Source: Mobula hypostoma | Taxonomy: Eukaryota | NCBI RefSeq assembly: GCF_963921235.1 | Contig: NC_086097.1 | Location: 239,446,001 to 239,510,000, forward strand | Reading direction: 5' to 3' | Length of the DNA: 64,000 bases | Part shown: piece by piece, positions 35,854 through 48,384 of the stretch | Position numbering within the stretch: the stretch's first letter is position 1 | How the letters are laid out: every line of letters begins with the position of its first letter | The notes under the pieces: generated by a model | Seen by the model: only the letters and a program-made list of their open reading frames with translations | Databases searched by the model: none | Told to the model about the DNA's origin: nothing | Program-made: the position numbers and the translations under genes

Positions 35854-36080
35854 CATCCCTCCCCCTCCTGTCTTCTCCTATCATTTCGAGACTTCACCTG
35901 CACCTCCCATTTTCAAATCTCTTATTATCTCTTTTTTCTGTTAGTCCTGATGAAGGGTCTTGACCCGAAACGTCGACTGTACTTCTTCTCATAGATGCTG
36001 CCTGGCCTGCTGCGTTCCACCAGCATTTTGTGTTTGTTGCTTGAATTTCCAGCATCTGCAGATTTTCTCGTGTTTGCGTT
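35854..36080 (+). mobile_element. Penelope-like terminal-repeat insertion carrying a hammerhead motif
   Basis: Pyrimidine-rich leader, hammerhead core, then gatgctgcctggcctgctgcgttccaccagcattttgtg. Confidence 0.8.
35942..35979 (+). ncRNA. Minimal type I hammerhead ribozyme (PLE-associated)
   Basis: Stem I TAGTC/GACTG; CUGAUGA 35947-35953; stem II GGGTC-TT-GACCC; GAAA 35967-35970; palindromic ACGU stem III; GUC cleavage triplet ending at 35974. Confidence 0.8.
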
Positions 36081-36273
36081 TTTAAATTCATTACTGTGAA
36101 GCCTCTTCCAGGGATGCCTACACTGAAGAAGTTTAAATCTTCTCTTCAATGGGAGTTTAGTGAAACCCTCTTTCACTGCTCCCCATCTGTAATTTCTTCG
36201 GCCCTTCAACTTTTCGACCACACGCTCACTCAAACCCACTAGTACAGCCATATATCCTTCCTAGGAATGTGTC

Positions 36274-36469
36274 TTAGCTTCATCCCTCCCCCTCCTGTCT
36301 TCTCCTATCATTTCTGGTCTCCCCCTCCCCCTCCCACTTTCAAATCTCTTACTATCTCTTTTTTCCATTAGTCCTGACGAAGGGTCTCGACTTGAAATAT
36401 CGACTGTACTTCTTCCTATAGATGCTGCCTGGCTTGCTGCGTTCCACCAACATTTTGTGTGTGTTGTTT
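36274..36469 (+). mobile_element. Penelope-like terminal-repeat insertion with TSD
   Basis: Close paralogue of 35854-36040; 13-bp TSD CTA(G/A)GAATGTGTC at 36261-36273 and 36470-36482. Confidence 0.85.
36369..36406 (+). ncRNA. Minimal hammerhead ribozyme variant
   Basis: CUGACGA 36374-36380; stem II GGGTC/GACTT with G-U pairs; GAAA 36394-36397; AUAU stem III; AUC triplet ending at 36401. Confidence 0.6.
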
Positions 36470-38608
36470 CTAAGAATGTGTCCTGAGTTTCCCTGTTGCT
36501 GGTCAGAAGTTTTAGGGCACTTGTCTTCCCTTTGCCTGCAAAAGCACTTACAGTGTCACATCCTGTATATGTGTGCAACCCAATGAGAGCCCGATAAACC
36601 CCTATGCCAACAGTGTTAGCAAAATTTCTGATGTCTACAAGCCTTGTACGGGTTCTAGTGCCACACTTCTGGAACAATGGGGCCTCAATCTTGTCACAAA
36701 ATGCTATAGACATGATAAAGATACGTGTGTCTTCTGAGCAGATCACTACAGATTGGTATCCCTCTCTTGTGGCATGGGCGGCATGGAGAAGTAGGCAGCC
36801 ATCTGCTTCTTCTTGTTGACACTGAAGAACTGACATCTCCTCACTGTCTTGAGATGTGATTCTGTAACACTTGTCATTCACAGTTGCATACAGAATCTTC
36901 TCCTGTAGCTTTGCCCTGTACTCCGCCTTCCTCCATTCATGGACTATGAAGCTAATGGGACTATTTTGTTACTGACTTTGGTCAGGAAGCTCCTCCACTG
37001 CCTCACCATCTGTGTGCCTGTGATACCTTGCAACTCACGACCAGTCTCTTCACCCCGTAGAGATCTTTCACTATTCTTGATAGGGTTCTCCTTGTATGTG
37101 TCGAACACAACATCTATTCTGCTACTCTGACTGCCCTCCCTCAGACCCCTCAGGATTGTTGTGGCAACATGTCTGAAAGTAACTTAATCATCTTTCACTC
37201 TTTGGACCAAGTTCATTCCATCAACCACTGTAGCAGAGTTTCCTGGGAGTTGCCCTTCTACTGCTACATTTTTTTGGCAAGTTTGTGGCAAAAGTAGCTT
37301 TATTTGTCTTTCTCAGCAATCCTTCTGGTGTGGACAGGGTTTGATATGTGATGAAGTCTGATCTATGATCCTGTCGAAGTTAGTTGCCTTGGCCCTCCAA
37401 ACTTGGAGTTCCCTCTGTAGAGTTTGATTTTCCAAGACAACGTCCCTTAATGATACACTTTCAGGAACCATTAACAATTTTCCTTTGTCACCTGGAAATA
37501 TATCTACTGAATTGCCCAGCTCAGATTCCAGTTTCCTACGAAGGTACTTCCTTGTAGAATCTTGCAGGAGTGTAACTCCACCAGGTAGCATGAAAGATTC
37601 AAAGAAGTGACTTGTACAATCATCTTGTTGGGTAGGATACCAGTTCTGATATACTTGAAAAGGTCTTAATAGGCTTCCCTTTCAATCCTTTTATACAGTT
37701 CATCACCATCTGTTTCATCATCATTCTCTTTGTACCCAGGTTCCTTTTTCTTGATTCTGGTATAATCTTCATAGCATGAAACATGATCGTGGGCCTCTGC
37801 AGCAACTATGTCTCTGCTTGTTACTGCTAGAATCTTTTCATCTTCCTTTTGGGTTGTACATTCCTGTAGTGTTTGGTCAGCTCTGAGTTGTACAGCTTGT
37901 GTAAGCTTTTCATGTGATTTGGAGCCCTTCAGGAATTTCACCTTATTATGAAAAATGCAGATTTGATCATACACCCTTGCTTCTGATGAAGATCTCCTAC
38001 TTGGCCTTTTTGATGTACAGGTATTCTCACCAGCTTCATCAGTAATGCTTTCCTTGGCTTTCCTTTTCAGAGTCTCTCAGTCTCTCTTCATGGTGAAGAG
38101 ACTTCGGCATTTTCAGTGATAGTAGATTCGTGGGACTTCCTGTTCTCCAAGTTCTTCAGCAACGTCTAAAATAGGGGCATAGTTTCTCACTTCGGCTGCT
38201 TCAAGTAATGTTTTCCAGGATTCACAGTCTTGAGGACTAACTAAATGGTCATCATCTTCTTTTGATGTTTTTTGGTGTATATACACTGCTTCTTAACAGA
38301 TTCTTTGTGCTTATGTCTCTCCATTCTGAAGCAAAGTGATTCAGCTACTCCAGATCTAAATCTACTCTACTCTTCTCTCTCCTCTACTGCGCAGGACTAT
38401 CCCACCACAGCAGTACCTGAAACAGAAAAAAATCACATTAACATTGCTGGTGAAAAAAGCACCTGCAGCAAAGGTGATATAAGTGTATGTATAAATGGTG
38501 ATATACAAGATATAAATGTGAAACAGAACATGAAAACAGAAGTACATCTTATGTAATGTATAGTCACTGTGTTGTCACTGCCAGTAAAAGATAACATTTA
38601 TACACATT

Positions 38609-40150
38609 AGACAATAGACAATAGACAATAGACAATAGGTGCAGGAGTAGGCCATTCGGCCCTTTGAGCCAGCACCACCATTCACTGTGATCATGGCTGA
38701 TCATCCACAATCAGTATCCAGTTCCTGCCTTATCCCCATATCCCTTGCCTCCACTATCTTTAAGAGTTCTATCTAACTCTTTCTTGAAGGCATCCAGAGA
38801 ATTGCCTTCCACAGCCTTCTGGGGCAGAGCATTCCATATATCCACCACTCTCTGGGTGAAAAAGTTTTTCCTCAACTCCGTTCTAAATGGCCTACCCCTA
38901 ATTCTTAAACTGTGGCCTCTGATTCTGGACTCACCCATCAGCAGGAACATGCTTCCTGCCTGCAGTGTGTCCAATCTTTAATAATCTTATATGGTCCAAT
39001 AAGATCCCCTCTCAGCCTTCTAAATTCCAGAGTATACAAGCCCAGTCGCTCCAATCTTTTGACATATGACAGTCCCGCCATGACGGGAATTAACCTTGTG
39101 AACCTACGCTGCACTCCCTCAATAGCAAGAATGTCTTTCCTCAAATTTGGAGACCAGAACTGCACACAGTACTCCAGGTGTGGTCTCACCAGGGCCCTGT
39201 ACAACTGCAGAAGGACCTCTTTGCTCTTATACTCGATTCCCCTTGTTATGAAGGCCAGCATACCATTAGCCTTCTTCACTGCCTGCTGTACTTGCATGCT
39301 TGCTTTCAGTGACTGAGTACAAGAACACCTAGATCTCGTTGTGCTTCCCCTTTTCCTAACTTGACTCCATTTAGATAATAATCTCCCTTCCCATTCTTAC
39401 CACCAAAGTGGATAACCTCTCATTTATCCACATTAAACTGCATCTGCCATGCATCTGCCCACTCACCCAGCCTGTCCAAGTCACCTGGCATTCTCATAAC
39501 ATCCTCCTCACATTTCGCACTGCCTCCCAGCTTTGTGTCATCGGCAAATTTGCTCATGTTACTTTTAATTCCTTCATCTAAATCATTAATATATATTGTA
39601 AAAAGCTGCGATCCCAGCACTGAACCCTGCAGTACCCCACTGGTCACCGCCTGCCATTCCGAAAGGGACCCGTTAATCGCTACTCTTCGTTTTCTGTCAG
39701 CCGGCCAGTTTTCAATCCATGTCAGTACTCTGCCCCCAATACCATGTGCCCTAATTTTGCCTACTAATCTCCTATGTGGAACTTTATCAAAGGCTTTCTG
39801 AAAGTCCAGGTACACTACATCCACTGCCTCTCCCTTGTCCATCTTCATAGTTACATCCTCAAAGAATTCCAGAAGATTAGTCAAGCACGACTTCCCCTTT
39901 ATAAATCCATGCTGACTCGGACCAATCCTGTTACTACTATCCAGATGTGTCATAATTTATCTTTTATAATTGACTCCAGCATCTTTTCCACCATCGATGT
40001 CAGGCTAACCGGTCTATAATTTCCTGTTTTCTCTCTTCCTCCCGTCTTGAAGGGAGGGACAACTTTAGCCACCCTCCAATCCACAGGAACTGATCGTGAA
40101 TCTATAGAACATTGGAAAATGATTACCAATGCATCCACGATTTCTAAAGC
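38609..40150 (-). mobile_element. CR1 LINE, 5'-truncated
   Basis: RT ORFs 39420-39953 and 38938-39297; (ATTGTCT)x4 tail; same subfamily as 5543-7850. Confidence 0.95.
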
Positions 40151-40275
40151 CAGAGATGCTAATTTTAACAACTTTTCTGAAAAACATATAGTCTGAATTA
40201 TATTCCCACCAATTTTCAAAGACAAAGCATCAATAATAAGAGAAAACCATCAGTTTGAAGTAGAATGCTTTATTC

Positions 40276-40583
40276 TGTGGTATGTATAGTTTTGAAAAGT
40301 GCGTTTTGGCATGGGGTTATAAATCGAGTGATAACACGCAGAAAGCTACCACTGCTGAAATACGATCATTTATTTTCTAGCATTAGGGGTGTATACCTTG
40401 CCAAAAATCACTATAAGAATTATTTCCCCCAGATGGTACCGGTGGCCAAAATTTGGTGTCCTGGCTCACGGACTATATGTGATATGTGTACACCTCGCTT
40501 AAAGTAAATATGAAGTTAGACCAGTATTTCAGACTCCGTGTCTTCCTTTGAATTAGTTTAATGTTTTGAAGTTACAAAGCACA
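40276..40583 (+). mobile_element. Possible short solo LTR
   Basis: TGT...ACA ends, imperfect flanks ATTC/ATAC, AGTAAA near the 3' end. Confidence 0.3.
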
Positions 40584-40751
40584 ATACTGCCCAACCTGGA
40601 CTCTCTTCTCCACCCAACTCCACACTGGGTAGAAAGTACAAGAGGTCTGAAAACACAAACAAAAAATATACAGCTTCTATCCCACTCTTATAAGTCAATT
40701 TTAAAGTCACCTAGTAAAATAAGATGGATTCTTGACCTCATGACCTACCAT

Positions 40752-41902
40752 TTCGAGGATGTGACTAAACACATTGATGAAAGTAGAGCAGTAGGTGTAG
40801 TGTATATGGATTTCAGCAAGGCATTTGACAAGGTACCCCATGAAAGGCTTATTGAGAAAGTAAGGAGGCATGGGATCCAAGAGGACATTACTTTGCGGAT
40901 CCAAAAAGTGGTTGTAGGCGGATCGTATTCTGCATGGAGATTGGTGACCATTGGTGTGCCTCAGCGATCTATTCTGTGACCCCTTCTCTTCGTGATTTCT
41001 GTAAATTACCTGGATAAGGAAGTGGTGGGATGGGTTAGTAAATTTGCTGATGATACAGATGTTGGGAGTGTTGTGGATAGTGTGGAGGGCTGTCAGAGGT
41101 TACAGCAGGACATCGATAGGATGCAAAACTGGACTGAGAAGTGGCAGATGGAGTTCAACCCAGATAAGTGTGAGGTTGTTCATTTGGTAAGTCAAATATG
41201 ATGGCAGAATATAGTATTAATGTAAGACTCTTGGCAGTGTGGAGGATCAGAAGGATCTTGAGGTCCGAATCCATAGGACACACAAAGCTGCTGCACACGT
41301 TGACTCTGTGGTTAAGAAACCATACAGTGCATTGGGCTTCATCAATCGTGGGATCGAATTTAGGAGCTGTGAGGTAATGTTGCAGCTGTATAGGACCCTG
41401 ATCAGACTCCACTTGGAGTATTGTGCTCATTTCTGGTCGCCTTACTAAAAGAAGGATGTAGAAACCATAGAAAGAGTGCAGCTGAGATTTACAAGGATGT
41501 TGCCTGGATTGGGGAGCATGCCTTATGAGACTTGGCCTTTATTCCTTGGAGTGACGGAGGATGAGAGGTGTATAAGATGATGAGAGGCATTGATCATGTG
41601 GATAGTCAGAGGCTTTCTCCCAGGGCTGAAATGGCTAACATGAGAGGACACAGTTTTAAGTTGCTTGGAAGTAGGTACAGAGGAGATGTCAGGGGTAAGT
41701 TTTTTATGCAGAGAGTGGCAAGTGCGTGGAATAGGCTGCCGGCAATGGAGGTGGAGGCGGATACGATAGGGTCTTTTAAGCGACTCCTGGACAGGTACAT
41801 GGAGCTCAGAAAAATAGAGGGCAATGGGTAACCCTTGGTAATTTCTAAGGTAAGGACATGTTCGGCACAGCTTTGTGTATTGGGCTGTAGGTTTTCTATG
41901 TT
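40752..41902 (+). mobile_element. CR1 LINE RT/3' fragment
   Basis: DFSKAFDKVPH, FADD, ttttctatg tail; same subfamily as 41965-45010. Confidence 0.9.
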
Positions 41903-41964
41903 AGGCCTTGCACATTATTGAGTCCTTGTACTGCAGCTTATTGTGCAGTGTCTGTTATTAATGT

Positions 41965-44900
41965 CTACTGAGTATATGTGGGTTGAAGTTAGAAACAGGA
42001 AGGGGTCAATAACTTGACTGGGCGTTTTTTATAGACCACCCAATAGTAACAGGGACATTGAGGAGCAGATAGGGAGACAGATTCTGGAAAGATGTAATAA
42101 TAACAGGATTGTCATGATGGGAGATTTTAATTCCCCAATATTGATTGGTATCTCCCTGAAGCAAGGGGTTTAGATGGGGTGGAGTTTGTTAGGTGTGTTC
42201 TGGAAGGTTTTCTGACCCAATATGTAGATCAAACTACAAGAGGAATGGCTGTACTTGATCTGTTATTGGGAAATGAACTTGGTCAGGTGTCAGGTCACTC
42301 AGTGGGAGAGCATTGGAGATAGCGATCACAATCCTATCTCCTTTACCATAGCATTGAGGAGGGATAGGAACAGACAAGTTAGGAAAGTGTTTAATTGGAG
42401 TAAGGGGAAATATGAAGCTATCAGGCAGGAACTTGGAAGCATAAATTGGGAGCAGATGTTCTCGGGGAAATTTATGGCAGAAATCTGGCAATTGTTCAGG
42501 GGATGTTTGCATGGCACTCTGCCTAGGTATGTTCCAATGAGACAGGGAAAGGATGGTAGAATTCAGGAACTGTGGTGTACAAAGGCTGTTGTAAATCTAG
42601 TCAAGAAAAGAAGAAAAGCTTATCAAAGGTTAAAAAAACTAGGTAATGATAGAGATCTAGAAAATTATAAAGGTAGCAGAAAGGAGCTTAAGAATGAAAT
42701 TAGGAGAGCCAGAAGGGGCCATGAGAAGGCCTTGGCAGGCAAGATTAAGGAAATCTCCAAGGCATTCAACAAGTCTGTGAAGAGCAAGAGGATAAGACAT
42801 GAGAGAATAGGATCACTCAAGTGTGACAATGGAAAAGTGTGTATGGATCTGGAGGAGATAACAGAGGTACTTAATGAATGCTTTGCTTCAATATCCACTA
42901 TGGAAAAGGATCTTAGCAATTGTGGGGATGACTTACAGTGCACTGAAAAGCTTGAACATATAGACATGAAGAGAGAGGATGTGCTGGAGCTTTTGGAAAG
43001 CATCAAGTTGGATAAGTCTCTGAGATCAAATGAGATGTACCTCGGGCTACTGTAGGAGGCAAGGGAGGAGATTGCTGAGCCTCCACCAATAATCTTTGTA
43101 TCATCAATGGGGATAGGTGAGGTTCTGGAGGATTGCAGCTGTTGTTCCCTTATTCAAGAAAGGGAGTAGAGATAACCCAGGAAATTATAGATGTTGCAAG
43201 GATGTGGCTGCGGGGGGAACCCAAGTGCTGGACACAGGCACGGAGGCAGGATCGAGAGGCATTAGCACAGTCACGAGTGTGAAATAGGTATCTAGGAGAG
43301 TCTTGACACAGAGACAAGGTTGATGTAGAGAATCCAGGAACACGATGCAGAACTTAGAACTACCAGTTCTAAAGAACCATGAAACAAGATTACTCATACA
43401 AGGGTTGACCAACAAACTGGCAACTCCTTCTTGTTTTACAGCAGTTGGCATCCAGCTTAATGGTGCATTACCACCTGGCAGTTCCTTGTTGTGATTACAG
43501 GGTTTTTATCCTGCATTTACTGATGGAAGGCAGGTGGGTGTAATTAGTGGAACTGGGAATGATTGGAAATTAGACGAGGGGATTGAGGCCCAATTACTGA
43601 GGTAATAGCAAGGTGGGGAATTGCCAGATGGGACCATGTCAATAGATCAGTGAGTCTTACCTCAACAGTTGGTAAGTTGATGGAGAAGATCCTGAGAGGC
43701 AGGATTTATGAACATTTAAAGAGGCATAATATGATTAGGAATAGTCAGCATGGCCTTGTCAAAGGCAGGTCATGCCTTACGAGCCTGATTGAGTTGAGGA
43801 TGTGAATAAACACACTGATAAAGGTAGAGTAGTACATGTATGGATTTCAGCAAGACATTTGATAAGGTACCATGCAAGGCTTATTGAGAAAGTAAGGAGG
43901 CATGGGATCCAAGGTGAACTTGCTTTAGGGATCCAGAACTGGCTTGCTTACAGAAGGCAAAGAGTGGTTGTAGATGGGTCATATTCTGCATGGAAGTCAG
44001 TGACCAGTGGTGTGCCTCAGGGATCTGTTTTACGACCCCTTCTCTTCGTGATTTTTGTAAATTACCAGGATAAGGAAGCGGAGGGATGGGTTAGTAAATT
44101 TGCTGATGACGCAAAGGTTGGGGGTACTGTGGATAGTGTGGAAGGCTTTCAGAGGTTACTGTGGGACATCGATAGGATGCAAAACTGGGCTGAGTAGTAG
44201 CAGATGGAGTTCAACCCAGATAAGTGTGAAGTGGTTCATTATGGTAGGTCAAATATGATGGCAGAATATAGTATTAATGGCAAGACTCTTGGCAGTGTGG
44301 AGGATCAGAGGGATCTTGGGGTCTGAGTACAGAGGACACTCAAAGCTACCGCGCAAGTTGACTGTGCGGTTAAGAAGGTATAGCGTGTATTGGCCTTCAG
44401 CAACCATGAGATTTAGTTCAAGAGCTAGAAGGTAATGTTATAGCTATATAGGACCCTGGTCAGACCCCATTTGGAGAACTGTGCTCAGTTCTGGTCGTCT
44501 CACTACATGAAGGATGTGGAAACTACAGAAAGGGTGCAGAAGAGATTTACAAGGATGTTGCCTGGATTGGGGAGCATGCATTATGAGAATAGGTTGAGTG
44601 GACTTGGCCTTTTCTCCTTGGAACGACGGAGGGTGAAAGGTGACATGATAAAGTTGTATAAGATGTTGAGAGGCATTAATCATGTCGATAGTCAGAGGCT
44701 TTTTCCCAGGGCTGAAATGGCTAACGTGAGAGGGCACAGTTTTAAGGTGCTTGGAAGTCGGTACAGAGGAGGTGTCGGGGTAAGTTTTTTATGCAGAAAG
44801 TGCTGGGTGCGTGGAATGGACTGCCAGCGATGGTGGTGGAGGCGGATACAATTGGGTCTTTTAAGAGACTCTTGAATAGATTCATTGAGCTTAGAAAAAT

Positions 44901-45010
44901 AGAGGGCTATGTTTAACCCTAGGTAATTTCTAAAGTAAGCACATGTTCGGTACAGCATTGTTGGCCGAAGGGCTTGTATTGCGCTGTAGGTTTTCTATGT
45001 TTCTATGTTT
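41965..45010 (+). mobile_element. CR1 LINE (EN plus RT), decayed, interrupted by a solo LTR
   Basis: YRPP, GDFN and SDH motifs; ORFs 42255-43055, 43802-44197 and 44471-44875; (TTTCTATG)n tail. Confidence 0.93.
43192..43641 (-). mobile_element. Solo LTR, 450 bp (Gypsy-like)
   Basis: TG...CA ends; 5-bp TSD ATAGA at 43187-43191 and 43642-43646; splits CR1 NYR|.VSL; minus-strand ends tgacatggtcc / gcacttgggttc resemble the LTR at 62755. Confidence 0.85.
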
Positions 45011-45691
45011 TTATTAAAATCATAGAGTACTACAGCACAGAAAGAGGCCCTTCACCCCATCTTAATCTATAGTGAAAATTATTCTGCCAATCCCATTGAC
45101 CTGCTCCTAGACCATAGCCTGCATTCTGTTATTTCTTTTTCCCTGCACTACCTCTATACACCGCTTTGATGAAATAATCTGTATGGATGGCATGCAAAAC
45201 AAAGTATTTCACTATACCTTGGTACCTTTGACAATAATGTACCAATTTACTCATTTACCATTTTTTCTGGCTGCTTAGTTTGAACTGCCGGCTTGAATCC
45301 TCATCCAGACCTTATTGCAGATGGCAAATAGGAACAAATTTATTTAACAATACACCCAAGAGTGAAAAACAGGAGAAGCATAACTGTTTATAGTAGTAAT
45401 TAAGCGTCACTTGGCACCCCACAAAACAGAAAATAAATAGTTTGCAACTCAAATACTTAATCTGCAAAGAATGTTTTCTGAATATACAAAGGAAATTGTT
45501 TCTATGTATTTGTTGGTTGAGAAGGTGTTTGGTTCATTCTTTTCTGAAGTTTTATGCAGAAAACCATTCTTTAAAATAAAAACTGTTAATAAGAATTGGA
45601 AATAGTGGAAATACTCAGAAAGTCAAGCAACATTTGTGGAATGAGGGGGAGAAGAGAACTATTGTATCAGATAGGGCCATTTAGTAGATCT

Positions 45692-46228
45692 AGAATTGAA
45701 TTGAGTTGAATTGATTTTATTTCTTACATCCTTCATATACGAGTAAAAATCTTTACGTTACTTCTCCGTCTGAATGTGCATTGTGCAATTTATAGTAATT
45801 TGTAATAAATAGTATGTATAACAGGGCTGTTAATATCGTATAGAAATACAATTATATCAGCATGAAATAATCAGTCTGCTGGTCTGGTGGAAGAAGCTGT
45901 CCCGGAGCCTGTTGGTCCTGGCTTTTATGCTGCGGTACCATTCCCCAGATGGTAGCAGCTGGAACAGTTGTTGGGGTGACTTAGCTCCCCAATGATCCTT
46001 CGGGCCCTTTTTATGCACCTGCCTCTGCAAATGTCCTGAATAGTGGGAAGTTCACATCTACAGATGCGCTGGGCTGTCCGCACCACTCTCTGCAGAGTCC
46101 TGCGATTGAGGGAGGTACAGTTCTCATACCAGGCAGTGATGCAGCCAGTCAGGATGCTCTCAATTGTGCCCATGTAGAAAGTCCTAAGAATCTGGGGACT
46201 CATGCCAAACTTCTTCAACCGTCTGAGG
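45692..46228 (-). mobile_element. Rex1/Babar LINE 3' fragment
   Basis: ORF 45925-46218 (FY.GTIESILTGCITAWY); (CAATT)n tail. Confidence 0.85.
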
Positions 46229-46379
46229 GGAAAGAAAAGTAAGCAAAAATGTTACTTTCAAGGTGGGAGGTGTTTTGGATGGAACAGAAGGTTATTTGGG
46301 TTGTGTTTTTCTTGAAAGATTAACAATAAAGATTAATATGCACAAAATGCTGGTTGAACTCAGCAGCACAGCCTGCACA

Positions 46380-46895
46380 GAACAACAACAGGAGCCTCTG
46401 TTTGTTTGGGTCAACCATGGGTGTGGCATCCTAGCTGGCTACATTTCACCATCAGTCAATATGCAAGCTGGGGCAGTACAATATGGAGAGCAAATTGTTG
46501 CTCATGCAGCAGGCTCCCCTTCGCCACGTGGCTGAAGAATCCAAAAGACCAGCAGAGACTGATGTGGAGCTCAATGTAGGACTCCAGATCCGGAATTTTC
46601 CCTCGGGGTTTACTCCCATGAGCAGGTATAGTTGTAGGGCAATGGAGGTTTGAGATCACAGTTTTCCTTCTCCAAGGTGAGCTGCTAACCTCAGCTGATT
46701 AGCCCCATTTGCCCAAAGCGACTGGTTTTAAGGCACCAGAAACCCACCTTAGTTTCTTCTCCTGTCGGTAGAAACGGTTCCACAGGGCTCAGTAGCAAAG
46801 CCACAAGTGGAGACCAGGAGATGGACTTGGTTGTCCAAGGCTCTTTGAGATGCAAGCTTTTGGATGCATTTAATAGCTAATGGGAGCTTATCCCT
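46380..46895 (-). mobile_element. Probable RTE-derived non-autonomous element
   Basis: Minus strand carries the RTE-5'UTR-like ggagaaggaaaactgtgatctcaaacc and gggagtaaaccccgaggg motifs; no ORF. Confidence 0.45.
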
Positions 46896-48384
46896 ACTAC
46901 CGCAGGCAGGCAGCTTGCTGGTGTAGCAGTTATCACAAGGCTTCACAGCACCAGCTGTAAGATCAGAAGTGGAGTGGTAGGGGTGGAAAATCTACTTTCC
47001 ACATTTAAGTGTGAAACTCTAAATAACTATCTCACTTTCATGGAAGTGTATTCTGAAAGAATTCATTGTGAGGAATTCAATGCCACAGATGGCTGTGGAG
47101 GCAAAGCCATTGGGCATACTTAAAGTGGAGTTTGATAGGGTCTTGATTAGTAAGGGTGTCAAAGGTTAAGGGGATGGTTAAGAGGGATAATAAATCAGCC
47201 ATATAGAATGGTGGAACAGACCTGATGGGCTGCTTGGCTTAGTTCTGCTCTATGTCTTACGGTCTTAAAAATATCACATACTATTCCTTCCTTTTCAATG
47301 CTTTAAGCTTGCTTTGACAAACCTTTTTGCAACTTCCTTTTGCAGCTTGCAATCCACTAATCTACCTCATTTTCTGCACAGATGATAATGGATCTGCTGT
47401 GAAGGGAAGCGCTTTATTCAACTGCCTGTTACTTCCTTAATGGTGACTTAGATCGGTGATTCATTGCGCTCCACATGCAGACCGTGTATTATGAAAACCC
47501 TGTGGGCACAAAGCCTATAATTTTCCATCCTTTTAAAGTAATTGACAGAAAGTAGTGCACTGTAAACTAGACCTTCCTGGTTGCTTCCCCTGTCAATGCC
47601 GTTCTCCAGTGAGTGTACCATTTCAACTTCTTGCGGAAATGTTATAGACAGAGGAGGATATTAATGTATCAGATTCTCTTTGTGCGGTGAGCTGTATATT
47701 GATTTTTAATCTGCAATATTTATTCAACTGTGGCTCTATAGAATTTGCAGACATACTACTAAAGTTTCAGGAGTACGACTTGTGAAAATTATTGAACTGA
47801 ATGCTTTGTAGGAAATCTGACCTGACTCATTCTCAAGAATTATCGAGCTTTTTTTTAAACTCCTCAGGTATATGGATCATTTAGCCCGTGACCTGGCTGC
47901 TGGATGAAAAGAGACTGGTGACACTTGATGTGTCCTCTTGGTTTGATTTCAATATGGTTGAAATAAATATTGGCAAGAGTTGTAGATCTCACTGGGATCT
48001 CCATTAGAAGAAGATGATAATCATTTCAATGATTATTTGAGCCTTTTATGCACACATTTGATGTCATAATATTTATACCTTGGATCGCTGCAGGAAGATT
48101 TGTGAGACAAGATGTGACTGTTCATAGTTTAGTAAAATATCTATTCTTCGAAGGTAGCACAAAAGTGTTACCTGCTGTTTCTATTCATAGAAAAAAGTCA
48201 GGTCTTGAAAAAGTTTGCTATTTCAAGGAGCTGATAGTTGTAAAAAAAAATCTCACTGTCCTGCTTCACTTGATGCAAGAACTAACCAGTGTGCTTGGGA
48301 ACGTGAGTGGTAAGCCTCCCATACTGATGCTCTTAGTGATCTATGAGTACAGATCCAAAAATCTTTGAAGGTGATGTCACACGT

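Larger units (their letters stand above)
36261..38460 (-). mobile_element. Academ-like (XPG-encoding) DNA transposon, internally deleted and decayed
   Basis: N-terminus from ATG at 38324 (SW.TLLEAA, YH.KCR, DIVAAEAH.H.SCY); then LSTPEGLLRKTNKA, VVDGM, RIDVVFDTY, EEAD, SEDT and GCDTVSAFAGKGK, i.e. PIN/XPG plus H3TH motifs. Confidence 0.75.

Noticed and set aside
36470..36881. Host FEN1/XPG/EXO1 gene
   Set aside because: Intronless, frameshifted, truncated and fused to transposon-type N-terminal motifs; better explained as Academ-like
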